A stretch of DNA of 64,000 bases, taken from positions 4,377 to 68,376 of the forward strand of contig JBDQFC010000011.1 of assembly GCA_040266055.1 (NCBI GenBank), given 5' to 3'. A program made the translations under genes and the position numbers. The notes under the pieces are model-generated. The model made no database searches, had not been told where the DNA came from, and worked only from the letters and a program-made list of their open reading frames with translations. Within the stretch, counting starts at the first letter, position 1; every line of letters begins with the position of its first letter. This stretch comes from Candidatus Nanopelagicales bacterium. GTDB taxonomy: Bacteria; Actinomycetota; Actinomycetes; S36-B12. This document shows, in pieces, positions 49,514 through 59,374 of this stretch.

Positions 49514-51795
49514 GAATCGCGCGCGGCTGCTTCAAGGATCCTCAGAACAGTAACGGCTTCGTTCTTGCTGAGCGGATCGTTGCCGTTTCCGCACTTGGGC
49601 GATTGCACACACGACGGACATCCGTCGGTGCATGCACACGAACCAACAGCAGTGGCTGTGGCACCAAGCCACGTGTCGGCCACTTCGGCCCCGCGGAATG
49701 AGAAACCTGCACCCCCGGCAAGCCCGTCGTAGATGAAAATCGTGGCGAGTCCGGTGTCTGGATGCCGGATGGTCGAAACGCCTCCGATGTCCCAACGATC
49801 GCACGAGGCGAAGAGCGGGAGAAGTCCGATTGCCGCGTGTTCAGCGGCGTGGACAGCACCGGGAAGGTCGTCAATGTCGGAATCAACGACGGTCTGATCA
49901 TCGAGGGTCCACCACACGGCCTGAGTGCGAAGCACTCTCTCGGGTAGATCGAGATCGCGCACCGCTAGCAGAGTTCCGTCCAAGGCCCGCACCTCGTAGG
50001 CGATGGTTCGCGAGGTTACATCCACTTCGCCAACGGCCATCGTCGCCTTCGATCCAGGCCACAATCGTTCAGTCGAGCTGATTCGGATGTCACTGATGTC
50101 ACGCGCGAACGTCGTGTAGTCGACCTCTTCGACGCGAGCGATCGCGACGGCATCGTCCAAGTCCAGGGATCGGACAGTGTGCGAGACACCCTGATGGACG
50201 TACACCGCACCAGGATGAACGTGTCGGTGTGCCGATGAGGCATCGACGGTCCCGAGAAGTCGGCCAGTGCCCTCCTCGACTATGCGCACTGTGTCCCCTG
50301 CGCCGCGCAGGTCCGTCATGTCGTGGGGACGCTCGCGCGACGTCCAGTACCAGCCGGTGGGTCGACGACGAAGCAAGCCTCGAGTAACGAGGTCATCTAG
50401 AACCTCGGGCGCGTTCGCAGGGAAGACGTGCTCCGCATCAGTGATGGGTAGTTCACTGGCCGCAGCAGCCAAGTGGGGAGCTAGGACGTTCGGATTCGCT
50501 GGATCGAAGACCGTCTCCTCAAACGGCTGCGCCGTGATCGCCTCCGGGTGATGAACAAGATAGGTATCGAGCGGATCTTCTCGGGCGACGAAAGCAGCGA
50601 GTGCAGGATCGGTTCCTCGACCAGCACGCCCGAACTGCTGCCACAGCGATGATCGGGTGCCGGGCCAGCCCGCAGTGATCACCGCGTCCATCCCAGCGAT
50701 GTCGATTCCGAGTTCTAGTGCATTGGTAGTGGCCAACGCACGGATGCGTCCAGTGCGCAGACCTTCTTCAAGTTCTCGTCGTTCTTCGGCAAGGAATCCA
50801 CCGCGATAGGCAGCGACAGCATCGGATGCCGTCACGTGTGAACCCACGTCCGACGGGATTTGATCGCGAACCAGCGATGCGACGTACTCGACCGCACGCC
50901 TACTTCGGAGAAACGTCAGAACCTGGCTTCCTTCCCGAACAGCCGCGGTTGTCAGCGCTGCGGCATTGCGAGTGGCGGAGGAAGCGTCATCGTTGTTGGG
51001 CGGCTGCCACAACACGACCGTTCGATCGGGAGACGGCGAGTGATCGGTAGTAATCGCCGTTACGGGGGAGCCGATCAAGCGCTGCGCCGATCGCTCGGGT
51101 GCGCCGGATGTCGCCGACGCGGCAATCACGATAGGTCGGCTTCGGTGGTGCTCGGCTAGGCGCAGTAGGCGACGCAGCACCAAGCTCACGTGCGCACCGA
51201 AAACTCCGCGATATGCGTGGGCTTCGTCAACGACGATGTATCGGAGGTTGCGAAACAGGCGTGACCAACGTTCGTGGCCCGGCAATAGCGAGTAGTGCAG
51301 CATGTCGGGGTTGGTCAAGATGATGTTGGCGTGTCGCCGCGCCCAGGCGCGTTCGTCGGCGTTGCTATCCCCGTCGACCACTGCGTCACGGATTCCGGGA
51401 AGGGCGAGCTCTCTCCAGGTGCGTCGTTGATCGTTCGCCAGCGCCTTGGTCGGTGCTAGGTAGAGAGCGCACGGATCGACAAGTGCCGATTCACCGCCAT
51501 TGAGAATTGAAGTGATGATTGGCATCGCGTATGACAGTGATTTTCCCGATGCCGTTCCGGTGGCGACGATCACGTGCGAGCCATCGACGGCAGCCTGTGC
51601 TGCCTCAACCTGATGCACCCACGGCGACTCGATTCCCTGCGAGCGCCACGCCGCGATCGCCGCTTCGGGAAGCCAGTTGGGCCAGGGCGCTGTTTGCCCC
51701 GGACGAGCCTCGAAGTGCAGAACGTGCCGAACGGCCTCGGGGTTGAGTGACGTCCATGCCTGCAGAGCAGACGATTCGGACGAGTGTTCTGACAC
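49507..51795 (-). CDS. DEAD/DEAH-box helicase with DUF1998 (SftH/MrfA/Hrq1-like)
   Basis: TGTASGKS, DEAH, SAT, TNALELGID, QQFGRAGR and C-terminal C.C..GCPSC..SPKC. Confidence 0.92.
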   Translation of the reverse strand: MSEHSSESSALQAWTSLNPEAVRHVLHFEARPGQTAPWPNWLPEAAIAAWRSQGIESPWVHQVEAAQAAVDGSHVIVATGTASGKSLSYAMPIITSILNGGESALVDPCALYLAPTKALANDQRRTWRELALPGIRDAVVDGDSNADERAWARRHANIILTNPDMLHYSLLPGHERWSRLFRNLRYIVVDEAHAYRGVFGAHVSLVLRRLLRLAEHHRSRPIVIAASATSGAPERSAQRLIGSPVTAITTDHSPSPDRTVVLWQPPNNDDASSATRNAAALTTAAVREGSQVLTFLRSRRAVEYVASLVRDQIPSDVGSHVTASDAVAAYRGGFLAEERRELEEGLRTGRIRALATTNALELGIDIAGMDAVITAGWPGTRSSLWQQFGRAGRGTDPALAAFVAREDPLDTYLVHHPEAITAQPFEETVFDPANPNVLAPHLAAAASELPITDAEHVFPANAPEVLDDLVTRGLLRRRPTGWYWTSRERPHDMTDLRGAGDTVRIVEEGTGRLLGTVDASSAHRHVHPGAVYVHQGVSHTVRSLDLDDAVAIARVEEVDYTTFARDISDIRISSTERLWPGSKATMAVGEVDVTSRTIAYEVRALDGTLLAVRDLDLPERVLRTQAVWWTLDDQTVVDSDIDDLPGAVHAAEHAAIGLLPLFASCDRWDIGGVSTIRHPDTGLATIFIYDGLAGGAGFSFRGAEVADTWLGATATAVGSCACTDGCPSCVQSPKCGNGNDPLSKNEAVTVLRILEAAARDSQ

Positions 51796-51833
51796 AGCCT
51801 CATTGTGACCGCCGGCTGTGCCATGGTTGGGCC

Positions 51834-52193
51834 ATGTCCATTTCCGGGGGTCACGAGCCGGCCAGTTTCAGCGTTGCCAGCCGCGTGGTCGACGCGATTG
51901 CCGTCATAGCCGTCACCGGCGAAGTGGATGCCCACACCGCGCCGGCGGTCCGGGAGGCGATCGAGACCGTCATCGCACCCGGGGCACAGTTGGTCGTGGA
52001 TCTCACCTCCGTTTCCTTTCTGGACTCCACCGGACTGGGGGTGTTCGTCACCGCTCTGAAGCATTTGCGCGAGGTAGAGGGGTCCTTGGACCTCGTCGTT
52101 ACCTCTCCTCGCGTATTGAAGGTGTTCGAATTGACCGGTTTGGACGTCGTGATCCCCATTCATGAGGAGTTGGGTTCAGCCCTGGGCTCCTAG
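51834..52193 (+). CDS. bldG: Anti-sigma factor antagonist (STAS), BldG-like
   Basis: GEVDAHTAP, FLDSTGLGV (phospho-Ser) and KVFELTGL. Position between the DUF1998 helicase and hppA matches bldG synteny. Confidence 0.8.
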   Translation: MSISGGHEPASFSVASRVVDAIAVIAVTGEVDAHTAPAVREAIETVIAPGAQLVVDLTSVSFLDSTGLGVFVTALKHLREVEGSLDLVVTSPRVLKVFELTGLDVVIPIHEELGSALGS

Positions 52194-52398
52194 CCTGTTT
52201 GCCGGCCCGATTGCCCGCCGGATCGCCGGGGACCCGGCTGTGTGGCCAATGCCACGTGGTTTTTCGGTGGTTTCGTTCCACTTAATGGCGGACCCGACCC
52301 ACGGCACATGTTCATCTTGCGTAGACTGCGCCGGATCGCGAGGCGGGTGCGGAATCTTCTGGTGCCGGGCGCTGCCGTAGCTGACACCGAGGAGAAAA

Positions 52399-54705
52399 AT
52401 GATCGAGTTGTCCGGGAACAACGTTGTTCTCGTAGTAATCGTGGCCGTTATCGCGCTGGCCGCCCTGATCGTCGCAGGCATCCTTGTTCGCGAGGTGCTC
52501 GCCGCTAACGAGGGCACAGAGCGCATGAAAGAGATCGGCGCCGCCGTCCAGGAGGGCGCCGCGGCCTATCTGAACCGCCAATTCAAGACGCTGTCGATCT
52601 TCGCAGTCATCGTCTTCTTCCTCCTCTTCCTGCTGCCGGCGGAGACAAACGGTGAGCGGATCGGCCGGAGCATCTTCTTCCTCGTGGGTGCTGTCTTCTC
52701 CGGTATCACTGGTTACATGGGCATGTGGCTGGCTGTTCGCGGCAACGTTCGCGTCGCGGCCGCCGCTAAGGACGAGGGCGAGCAGCGCGCCATGCGTATC
52801 GCCTTCCGCACAGGTGGCGTCGCAGGCATGTTCACTGTCGGTCTGGGTCTGTTCGGTGCGGCGCTCGTCGTTCTCGTCTACGCGGGCGAGGCTCCCAAGG
52901 TGCTTGAGGGCTTCGGCTTCGGTGCTGCCCTACTGGCCATGTTCATGCGAGTCGGCGGCGGTATCTTCACCAAGGCTGCTGACGTCGGCGCGGACCTCGT
53001 CGGCAAGGTCGAGCAGAACATTCCTGAGGATGACCCCCGAAACGCCGCCACCATCGCTGACAACGTTGGCGACAACGTCGGTGACTGCGCCGGAATGGCC
53101 GCTGACCTCTTCGAGTCCTACGCCGTGGTTCTCGTCGCTGCGCTGATCTTGGGTAGCGCCGCGTTCGGTGAACTCGGCTTGGTTCTCCCGCTGATCATTC
53201 CGGCCATCGGTGTCATTACCGCCGTCATCGGCATCTTTACCGTCTCCCCGCGTCCCACTGACCGTTCGGGAATGTCCTCGATCAACCGAGGCTTCTTCAT
53301 ATCTGCGCTTATCTCGGCTGTCTTGGTCGTCGTGGCTGTGTTCGTGTGGGTTCCCAGCAGTTGGAGCGATATCGAGGGCTTGGGTGGCATTGCCGCTACT
53401 GAGGCCGCTGATGCACTCAACCCGCGATTGTTCGTCATCGGTGCGGTCTTCATCGGCATCGTGCTTGCCGCGGTCATCCAGCAGCTCACGGCGTACTTCA
53501 CCGAGACCAATCGTCGCCCGGTTGACGACGTCGCCAAGACCTCGCTCACCGGCCCGGCCACAGTCATCTTGTCCGGTGTTTCGCTCGGTCTGGAGTCCGC
53601 CGTCTACACCGCGCTGGTCATCGGTGCGGCCGTCTACGGCGCATTCCTCCTGGGTTCAGGCACGATCCTGCTGAGCCTGTTCGCTATCGCGCTCGCCGGT
53701 ACCGGCCTGCTGACCACAGTCGGCGTCATCGTCTCGATGGACACCTTCGGTCCGGTCTCGGACAACGCACAGGGCATCGCGGAGATGTCTGGCGACGTCG
53801 AGGGCGAGGGCGCTGCAGTCCTCACCCGCCTTGACGCGGTCGGCAACTCCACCAAGGCCATCACCAAGGGAATCGCCATCGCGACGGCAGTGCTCGCGGC
53901 GACCGCGCTGTTCGGTGCATACCGCGAGGCGGTTTTCGGGGCGGCCGCAAAGACCTCGGCCACGCTGAACACCACGATCGGCGACATCGGCGATCAACTC
54001 CAGTTCTACGGCGTCCTGGACGTGGCGAACCCGGCGAACCTCGTCGGCCTGGTGATCGGTGCCGCGGTCGTCTTCCTGTTCTCCGGCCTGGCCATCAACG
54101 CGGTGTCGCGCGCAGCCGGCGCTGTCATCTTCGAGGTGCGCCGCCAGTTCCGCGATATCCCCGGCATCATGGAAGGCACGGCCAAGCCCGAGTACGGCAA
54201 GGTCGTCGACATCGTCACGCGCGATTCGCTGCGTGAGTTGGTTACCCCGGGACTACTCGCGGTGCTCACGCCGATCGCCGTCGGCTTCGGCCTCGGTGTC
54301 GGTGCTCTCGGCGCCTACCTAGCCGGCACGATTGCGACCGGTGTGCTCATGGCCGTGTTCTTGTCCAACTCCGGTGGAGCCTGGGACAACGCCAAGAAGT
54401 TTGTCGAGGACGGCAACTTCGGTGGCAAGAACTCCGAGGCGCACTCGGCCACCGTTATTGGTGACACCGTCGGTGACCCGTTCAAGGACACTGCTGGTCC
54501 GGCCATTAACCCGCTGATCAAGGTCATGAACCTGGTGGCTCTGCTGGTCGCACCGGCCGTCGTTACCTTGACCATTGGTGACAGCGCGAACCCGGTCATC
54601 CGCTGGGCCATCGCGATTGTTGCCGCCCTCATCGTGATCGGTGCGGTGGTCGTCTCTAAGCGTCGTCCGATCGCGGTCGGCGACCAAGAAGGCGCCAACG
54701 CCTAG
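52399..54705 (+). CDS. hppA: Membrane H+-translocating pyrophosphatase (predicted K+-independent)
   Basis: GGGIFTKAADVGADLVGKVE, DNVGDNVGD, GNSTKAITKG, GGAWDNAKK and GDTVGDPFKD. Confidence 0.95.
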   Translation: MIELSGNNVVLVVIVAVIALAALIVAGILVREVLAANEGTERMKEIGAAVQEGAAAYLNRQFKTLSIFAVIVFFLLFLLPAETNGERIGRSIFFLVGAVFSGITGYMGMWLAVRGNVRVAAAAKDEGEQRAMRIAFRTGGVAGMFTVGLGLFGAALVVLVYAGEAPKVLEGFGFGAALLAMFMRVGGGIFTKAADVGADLVGKVEQNIPEDDPRNAATIADNVGDNVGDCAGMAADLFESYAVVLVAALILGSAAFGELGLVLPLIIPAIGVITAVIGIFTVSPRPTDRSGMSSINRGFFISALISAVLVVVAVFVWVPSSWSDIEGLGGIAATEAADALNPRLFVIGAVFIGIVLAAVIQQLTAYFTETNRRPVDDVAKTSLTGPATVILSGVSLGLESAVYTALVIGAAVYGAFLLGSGTILLSLFAIALAGTGLLTTVGVIVSMDTFGPVSDNAQGIAEMSGDVEGEGAAVLTRLDAVGNSTKAITKGIAIATAVLAATALFGAYREAVFGAAAKTSATLNTTIGDIGDQLQFYGVLDVANPANLVGLVIGAAVVFLFSGLAINAVSRAAGAVIFEVRRQFRDIPGIMEGTAKPEYGKVVDIVTRDSLRELVTPGLLAVLTPIAVGFGLGVGALGAYLAGTIATGVLMAVFLSNSGGAWDNAKKFVEDGNFGGKNSEAHSATVIGDTVGDPFKDTAGPAINPLIKVMNLVALLVAPAVVTLTIGDSANPVIRWAIAIVAALIVIGAVVVSKRRPIAVGDQEGANA

Positions 54706-54722
54706 AACCAAAAACCGATAAT

Positions 54723-54782
54723 CGGACGACTGCCCGGGTTCTTCATTCCCCGTAAGGGGAATGCCCGGGCAGTCGCCGTTTT
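54723..54782 (+). terminator. Intrinsic terminator after hppA
   Basis: CGACTGCCCGGG...CATTCCCC-GTAA-GGGGAATG-CCCGGGCAGTCG long stem followed by CCGTTTT. Confidence 0.7.
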
Positions 54783-54885
54783 CGGGGGCGGTGCTGAGTT
54801 GACATAAGTAGGTGTCCTACCGTCAGACTCCGCCGCAGTTCGATCCAGACGGGTCGATCCTCGGAAGTAGCGGAAGGATGCCCAC

Positions 54886-57558
54886 GTGCCAGACAACACC
54901 CTGGTGATCGTTGAATCGCCAGCCAAGGCGAAGAAGATCGCCGGCTATCTCGGTGATGGATACACCGTGCTGGCATCTGTGGGTCACGTACGCGATCTGG
55001 CCTCCAAGGCCTCAGAGATCCCCGCCGAGGATCGCAAGAAGCCGTGGGCCAAGCTGGCGGTGAACGTCGATGATGCCTTCCAGCCGCATTACGTCATCCA
55101 CGATTCCAAGAAGGCCACCATTAAGGAATTGAAGGCGGCCTTGAAGGACGCCGACGAACTCCTTCTTGCCACGGACGAGGACCGCGAGGGCGAGGCCATC
55201 TCCTGGCACCTGCTCGAAGTGCTCAAGCCCAAGGTTCCCGTCAAGCGCATGGTCTTCAACGAGATCACCCCCGAGGCGATTCGTGACGCTGTCGATCATC
55301 CACGCGATCTGGACATGCGCTTGGTGGACGCCCAGGAAACCCGGCGAGTGGTGGACCGCCTCTACGGATACCCGGTGTCGGAAGTGCTGTGGAAGAAGAT
55401 CGGGCGGGAAGCGAAGTCCGCCGGGCGCGTGCAGTCTGTTGCCGTCCGCCTCGTGGTGGATCGGGAACGTGAGCGCATCGCGTTCACGCCGGTCGAGTAC
55501 TGGGGAATCGACGCACAGTTCCTTCCTGGTCCTTTCCCGGGTCGCCTTACGGCTGTTGAGGGTGCACGGGTTGCGACGGGATCGGACTTCGATGACGACG
55601 GCCGCCTCTCGCGTGAGGGTGCTGTCCATCTCGATCAAAGTGCAGCCGAAGCTCTGACTGCCGGCTTGCAGGGATGCAGTTTCACCGTCGACTCGGTTGT
55701 GCAAAAGCCATCGTCACGTAAGCCCAAGGCACCGTTCATGACCTCGACCCTTCAGCAGGAGGCATCGGGTCGGCTTCGTTGGGGCGCGCAGCGCACGATG
55801 CGAGTGGCACAGTCGCTCTACGAGAACGGCTACATCACCTACATGCGAACCGACTCGACGACGTTGTCGGAGCAGGCAATAAACGCCGCGCGTTCCCAGG
55901 CCCGTGAGCTCTATGGCGCGGAGTATGTTCCTGAGCAGCCACGTCGCTACGACCGCAAAGTCAAGAACGCACAGGAAGCACACGAGGCGATCCGTCCTTC
56001 TGGGGATTCCTTCCGGACCCCCGCGGAGATTGCCGGTGAGCTGGTGGGGGATGAGTTTTCGCTCTACGACCTCATCTGGAAACGCACCGTCGCGTCGCAG
56101 ATGGTTAATGCGCAAACTGCAACCACCACTGTGAAGTTGTCCGCTCAAGCGCAGGACGGGCGGGGTGTCGAGTTCACGTCTTCTGGAACGGTCATCACCT
56201 TTCCGGGTTTCATGGCTGCACTGAAGGATGTTTCTAACGACGACGACGAACGTGAGTTGCCCGCTCTGGCCGAAGGGCAGAACGTGAACGTCGAATCGCT
56301 TGAAGCAGAGGGGCACGCGACCAAGCCGCCAGCGCGATACAACGAAGCCTCGTTGGTAGCCAAGCTTGAAGAGCTGGGCATCGGCCGTCCGTCCACGTAT
56401 GCCTCGATCATGTCCACGATTTTGGACCGTGGTTACGTTTGGAAGAAGGGATCGGCCCTGGTGCCGAGCTTCACGGCCTTCGCGGTGATCCGACTGCTCG
56501 AGGAGCACTTCGCCGAACTCATCGATTACGACTTCACCGCCAACATGGAAAACGTCCTGGACATGGTGGCGAGCGGTGATATCGATCGTGTGCAGCAGCT
56601 CGAGGCGTTTTGGCGCGGCGGGCAGAGTGTGAACGGCGAGTTTCCGGGCGTGAAGAGTCTGACCGAGGATCTTGGATCAATCGACGCCCGCGGAATCGCC
56701 ACGTTCCCCATCAGGGACAGCGACGCCAACCTGCGCGTCGGTCGCTACGGCGCGTACGTGGAGCGCGGCGACATCCGGGCGAACGTCCCCATGGGTCTTG
56801 CCCCTGACGAGCTGACAGCGGAAAAGGCCGAGGAATTGCTGTCCGAGCCCTCGGGCGATCGCGAACTCGGCACTGATCCTGAGACCGGCTTGCTGATCGT
56901 GGCGAAGTCTGGTCGTTACGGCCCCTACGTCAGTGAAGTGTTGCCAGAAGATTCGCCTAAGTCCGCTAAGCCACGGACTGCGTCGCTACTGAGCGATATG
57001 AAGCCGAGCACCGTCACTCTCGAAGAAGCGTTGAAATTGATCCAGCTGCCCCGTGTAGTGGGTGTTGATCCGAGTGACGGTGAAGAGATCCGTTCCCAGA
57101 ATGGTCGTTATGGGCCCTACCTGACTAAGGGCACCGACTCGCGTTCGCTGGAGTCCGAAGATCAGATCTTTTCGATCACCCTTGAGCAGGCTCTTGCGTT
57201 ATTCGCCCAGCCCAAGCAGCGTCGTGGGCGCGGGCAAGCAGCTGCGCCTCTTCGCGAAGTTGGCACAGATCCGACGTCTGGCCGCTTGATCGTGGTTCGC
57301 GAGGGTCGTTTTGGTGCGTACGTCACAGATGGTGAGACCAACGCGACCCTTCGAGTGGTCGACGACCCTATGACCGTGAGCATCGAGCGCGCGAGCGACC
57401 TCATCGCCGAGCGCAAGGCCAAGGGTCCGTCCAAGAAGGCTGCGCGCAAGACGACTAAGAGGGCCGCGAAGAAGACGACTAAGAAGGCCGCGAAGAAGAC
57501 GACCAAATCCTCCACGCGCGCCAAGGCGACGGCCGGACGTTCCAGCGGTTCCGACTAG
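54886..57558 (+). CDS. topA: DNA topoisomerase I
   Basis: LVIVESPAKA, ATDEDREGE, SAGRVQS, ITYMRTDS, AQEAHEAIRP, Topo_C repeats and a Lys-rich tail. Confidence 0.97.
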   Translation: MPDNTLVIVESPAKAKKIAGYLGDGYTVLASVGHVRDLASKASEIPAEDRKKPWAKLAVNVDDAFQPHYVIHDSKKATIKELKAALKDADELLLATDEDREGEAISWHLLEVLKPKVPVKRMVFNEITPEAIRDAVDHPRDLDMRLVDAQETRRVVDRLYGYPVSEVLWKKIGREAKSAGRVQSVAVRLVVDRERERIAFTPVEYWGIDAQFLPGPFPGRLTAVEGARVATGSDFDDDGRLSREGAVHLDQSAAEALTAGLQGCSFTVDSVVQKPSSRKPKAPFMTSTLQQEASGRLRWGAQRTMRVAQSLYENGYITYMRTDSTTLSEQAINAARSQARELYGAEYVPEQPRRYDRKVKNAQEAHEAIRPSGDSFRTPAEIAGELVGDEFSLYDLIWKRTVASQMVNAQTATTTVKLSAQAQDGRGVEFTSSGTVITFPGFMAALKDVSNDDDERELPALAEGQNVNVESLEAEGHATKPPARYNEASLVAKLEELGIGRPSTYASIMSTILDRGYVWKKGSALVPSFTAFAVIRLLEEHFAELIDYDFTANMENVLDMVASGDIDRVQQLEAFWRGGQSVNGEFPGVKSLTEDLGSIDARGIATFPIRDSDANLRVGRYGAYVERGDIRANVPMGLAPDELTAEKAEELLSEPSGDRELGTDPETGLLIVAKSGRYGPYVSEVLPEDSPKSAKPRTASLLSDMKPSTVTLEEALKLIQLPRVVGVDPSDGEEIRSQNGRYGPYLTKGTDSRSLESEDQIFSITLEQALALFAQPKQRRGRGQAAAPLREVGTDPTSGRLIVVREGRFGAYVTDGETNATLRVVDDPMTVSIERASDLIAERKAKGPSKKAARKTTKRAAKKTTKKAAKKTTKSSTRAKATAGRSSGSD
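57433..57504 (+). repeat. Three imperfect 24-bp tandem repeats encoding the TopA lysine-rich tail
   Basis: AAGAAGGCTGCGCGCAAGACGACT / AAGAGGGCCGCGAAGAAGACGACT / AAGAAGGCCGCGAAGAAGACGACC. Confidence 0.85.
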
Positions 57559-57560
57559 CC

Positions 57561-58181
57561 ATGGCCGGGTGGTTCATCGTCTTCGAGGGTGGTGAAGGCG
57601 CAGGCAAGTCCACACAAGAAGCACTCTTGGCGCAGTGGCTCGCAGACGAGGGCCACACCGTTGTGCGAACCCGTGAACCCGGTGGCACCCCGGCCGGTGA
57701 GGCTATCCGCGCTGTTCTTCTGGGCAACGAATTCACCGGTCTGAGTGATCGAGCCGAGGCGCTGTTGTTTGCTGCTGCGCGTGGAGAACACGTAGCGCAG
57801 GTCATTAGGCCAGCCCTCGAGCACGGATCGATTGTCATCTGTGACCGCTATCTGGATTCCTCTGTCGCTTACCAGGGTTACGGGCGTGATCTCGGGGTTG
57901 ACCGAGTGCGCGATCTGAGTTTGTATGCCACTGATGGACTGCTCCCGGATCTGACGATCCTGCTCGACGTTGATCCGAGCACCGGACTGTCGCGTGTGGA
58001 GTCCCCCGATCGGCTTGAGTCCGAACCGATTGAGTACCACCAAGCGGTCAGAGCCGGTTTCTTGGATATCGCGTCGAAGGATCCGAACAGATATCTGGTG
58101 GTTGATGCCTCCGGATCGAAGGACGACATCGCCGCAATCATTCGCACCCGAGTGATCGAATTGATGGGATCACCGCGATGA
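57561..58181 (+). CDS. tmk: Thymidylate kinase
   Basis: FEGGEGAGKSTQ, TREPGGT and CDRY.DSS.AYQG. Confidence 0.95.
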   Translation: MAGWFIVFEGGEGAGKSTQEALLAQWLADEGHTVVRTREPGGTPAGEAIRAVLLGNEFTGLSDRAEALLFAAARGEHVAQVIRPALEHGSIVICDRYLDSSVAYQGYGRDLGVDRVRDLSLYATDGLLPDLTILLDVDPSTGLSRVESPDRLESEPIEYHQAVRAGFLDIASKDPNRYLVVDASGSKDDIAAIIRTRVIELMGSPR

Positions 58182-59374
58182 GTTCGCCAGTTCTGTGGTC
58201 GTCATTGATCGGCCAGGATGAAGCAGTCGCAACTCTCCAAGCTGCTGTCCGTGACGCGCACCTGCCTGGTGATTCCGGACCCGCGATGACGCACGCGTGG
58301 TTGATCACCGGTCCGCCAGGTTCGGGTCGTTCCCGGGCTGCCACAACCTTCGCGGCCGCCTTGGTGTGCGAGAAGAGCGGATGCGGTCAGTGCCAGGCAT
58401 GCCGCACGGCGTCTACAGGAGGCCACGCGGATGTTCATGTCGAGATCCCCGAAGGATCAGAGATTCTGCTCGATCACGTAAAGCCGCTCGTGCACATGGC
58501 TGCCCAGGCACCCATGACCGCAACGTGGCGAGTCATCGTGATCGAAGATGCCGATCGACTCAACGATCGTGCTGCGAACTACCTGCTCAAGGCCCTGGAG
58601 GAGCCAACCCCTCACACCGTCTGGATTCTGTGCGCCCCGAGTGTCAATGACGTTCTCCCCACTATTACTTCACGCACGCGGCACGTTGGTTTGCGCACCC
58701 CTCGCACGGAAGCCATCGCGCGGATGCTCATCCACGAATGCGGAGTCGATGAAATGATCGCAGCGTTCTCAGCTCGCGCATCGCAAGGCCACATCGGTCG
58801 GGCTCGTGCGCTCGCGACGGACCCGGACACCCGAGAACGACGCCAGCAATACATGCGCGCTCCGTTGAGCTTGCGCGATCTTTCCTCGTGCGTTGTCGTC
58901 GCCGGTGACGTTTTCGACGCAGTCTCCGCGGTCGCTGATGCTCGAGCAGATCGGCTAGATGAGGAAGAACTCCAACTTTTGAGGTCCCGCTTCTACGCCG
59001 AGGGTGTCACGCGTCTCACCGGTGCAATGAAGCGCTCGCATGATTCCGAAGCCAAGGAGCTGGCGAAGGAGCAGAAGCGACGACGCAAGCGTCTCGTGGT
59101 TGATGAAGTGGACCGGGCACTCGTTGACTTGATCGGTCTATTCCGTGACGTTCTTACCGTTCAGGCGTCGGCTCGCATCGAGTTGATCAACGACGAAATG
59201 CGTCCACAGATAGAGCAGATGGCAGCCGGTTCCACCGAGGAAGAGACGGTGCGGCGTATCGAAGCGCTGGAACATGAGCGCGTCGTCTTGTTCGCAGGAG
59301 GCAGTCCGCGAACTGTTCTAGAAGCAGCAATGGTGCAGATCAAGGATCCGCGTATTCGCGCAGTGGTTGCCTAG
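58178..59374 (+). CDS. holB: DNA polymerase III subunit delta'
   Basis: HAWLITGPPGSGRS, C..GCGQC..C zinc motif, and AANYLLKALEEP. Confidence 0.92.
   Translation: MSSPVLWSSLIGQDEAVATLQAAVRDAHLPGDSGPAMTHAWLITGPPGSGRSRAATTFAAALVCEKSGCGQCQACRTASTGGHADVHVEIPEGSEILLDHVKPLVHMAAQAPMTATWRVIVIEDADRLNDRAANYLLKALEEPTPHTVWILCAPSVNDVLPTITSRTRHVGLRTPRTEAIARMLIHECGVDEMIAAFSARASQGHIGRARALATDPDTRERRQQYMRAPLSLRDLSSCVVVAGDVFDAVSAVADARADRLDEEELQLLRSRFYAEGVTRLTGAMKRSHDSEAKELAKEQKRRRKRLVVDEVDRALVDLIGLFRDVLTVQASARIELINDEMRPQIEQMAAGSTEEETVRRIEALEHERVVLFAGGSPRTVLEAAMVQIKDPRIRAVVA

Noticed and set aside
49507-51795. DUF1998 helicase as a DISARM/Druantia defence component
   Set aside because: It is the stand-alone SftH/MrfA-type gene in its usual position, with no methylase or other defence genes adjacent.
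57433-57504. Tandem repeats as a CRISPR array or novel repeat element
   Set aside because: They are in-frame 24-bp units with no spacers, encoding the known Lys-rich TopA tail.
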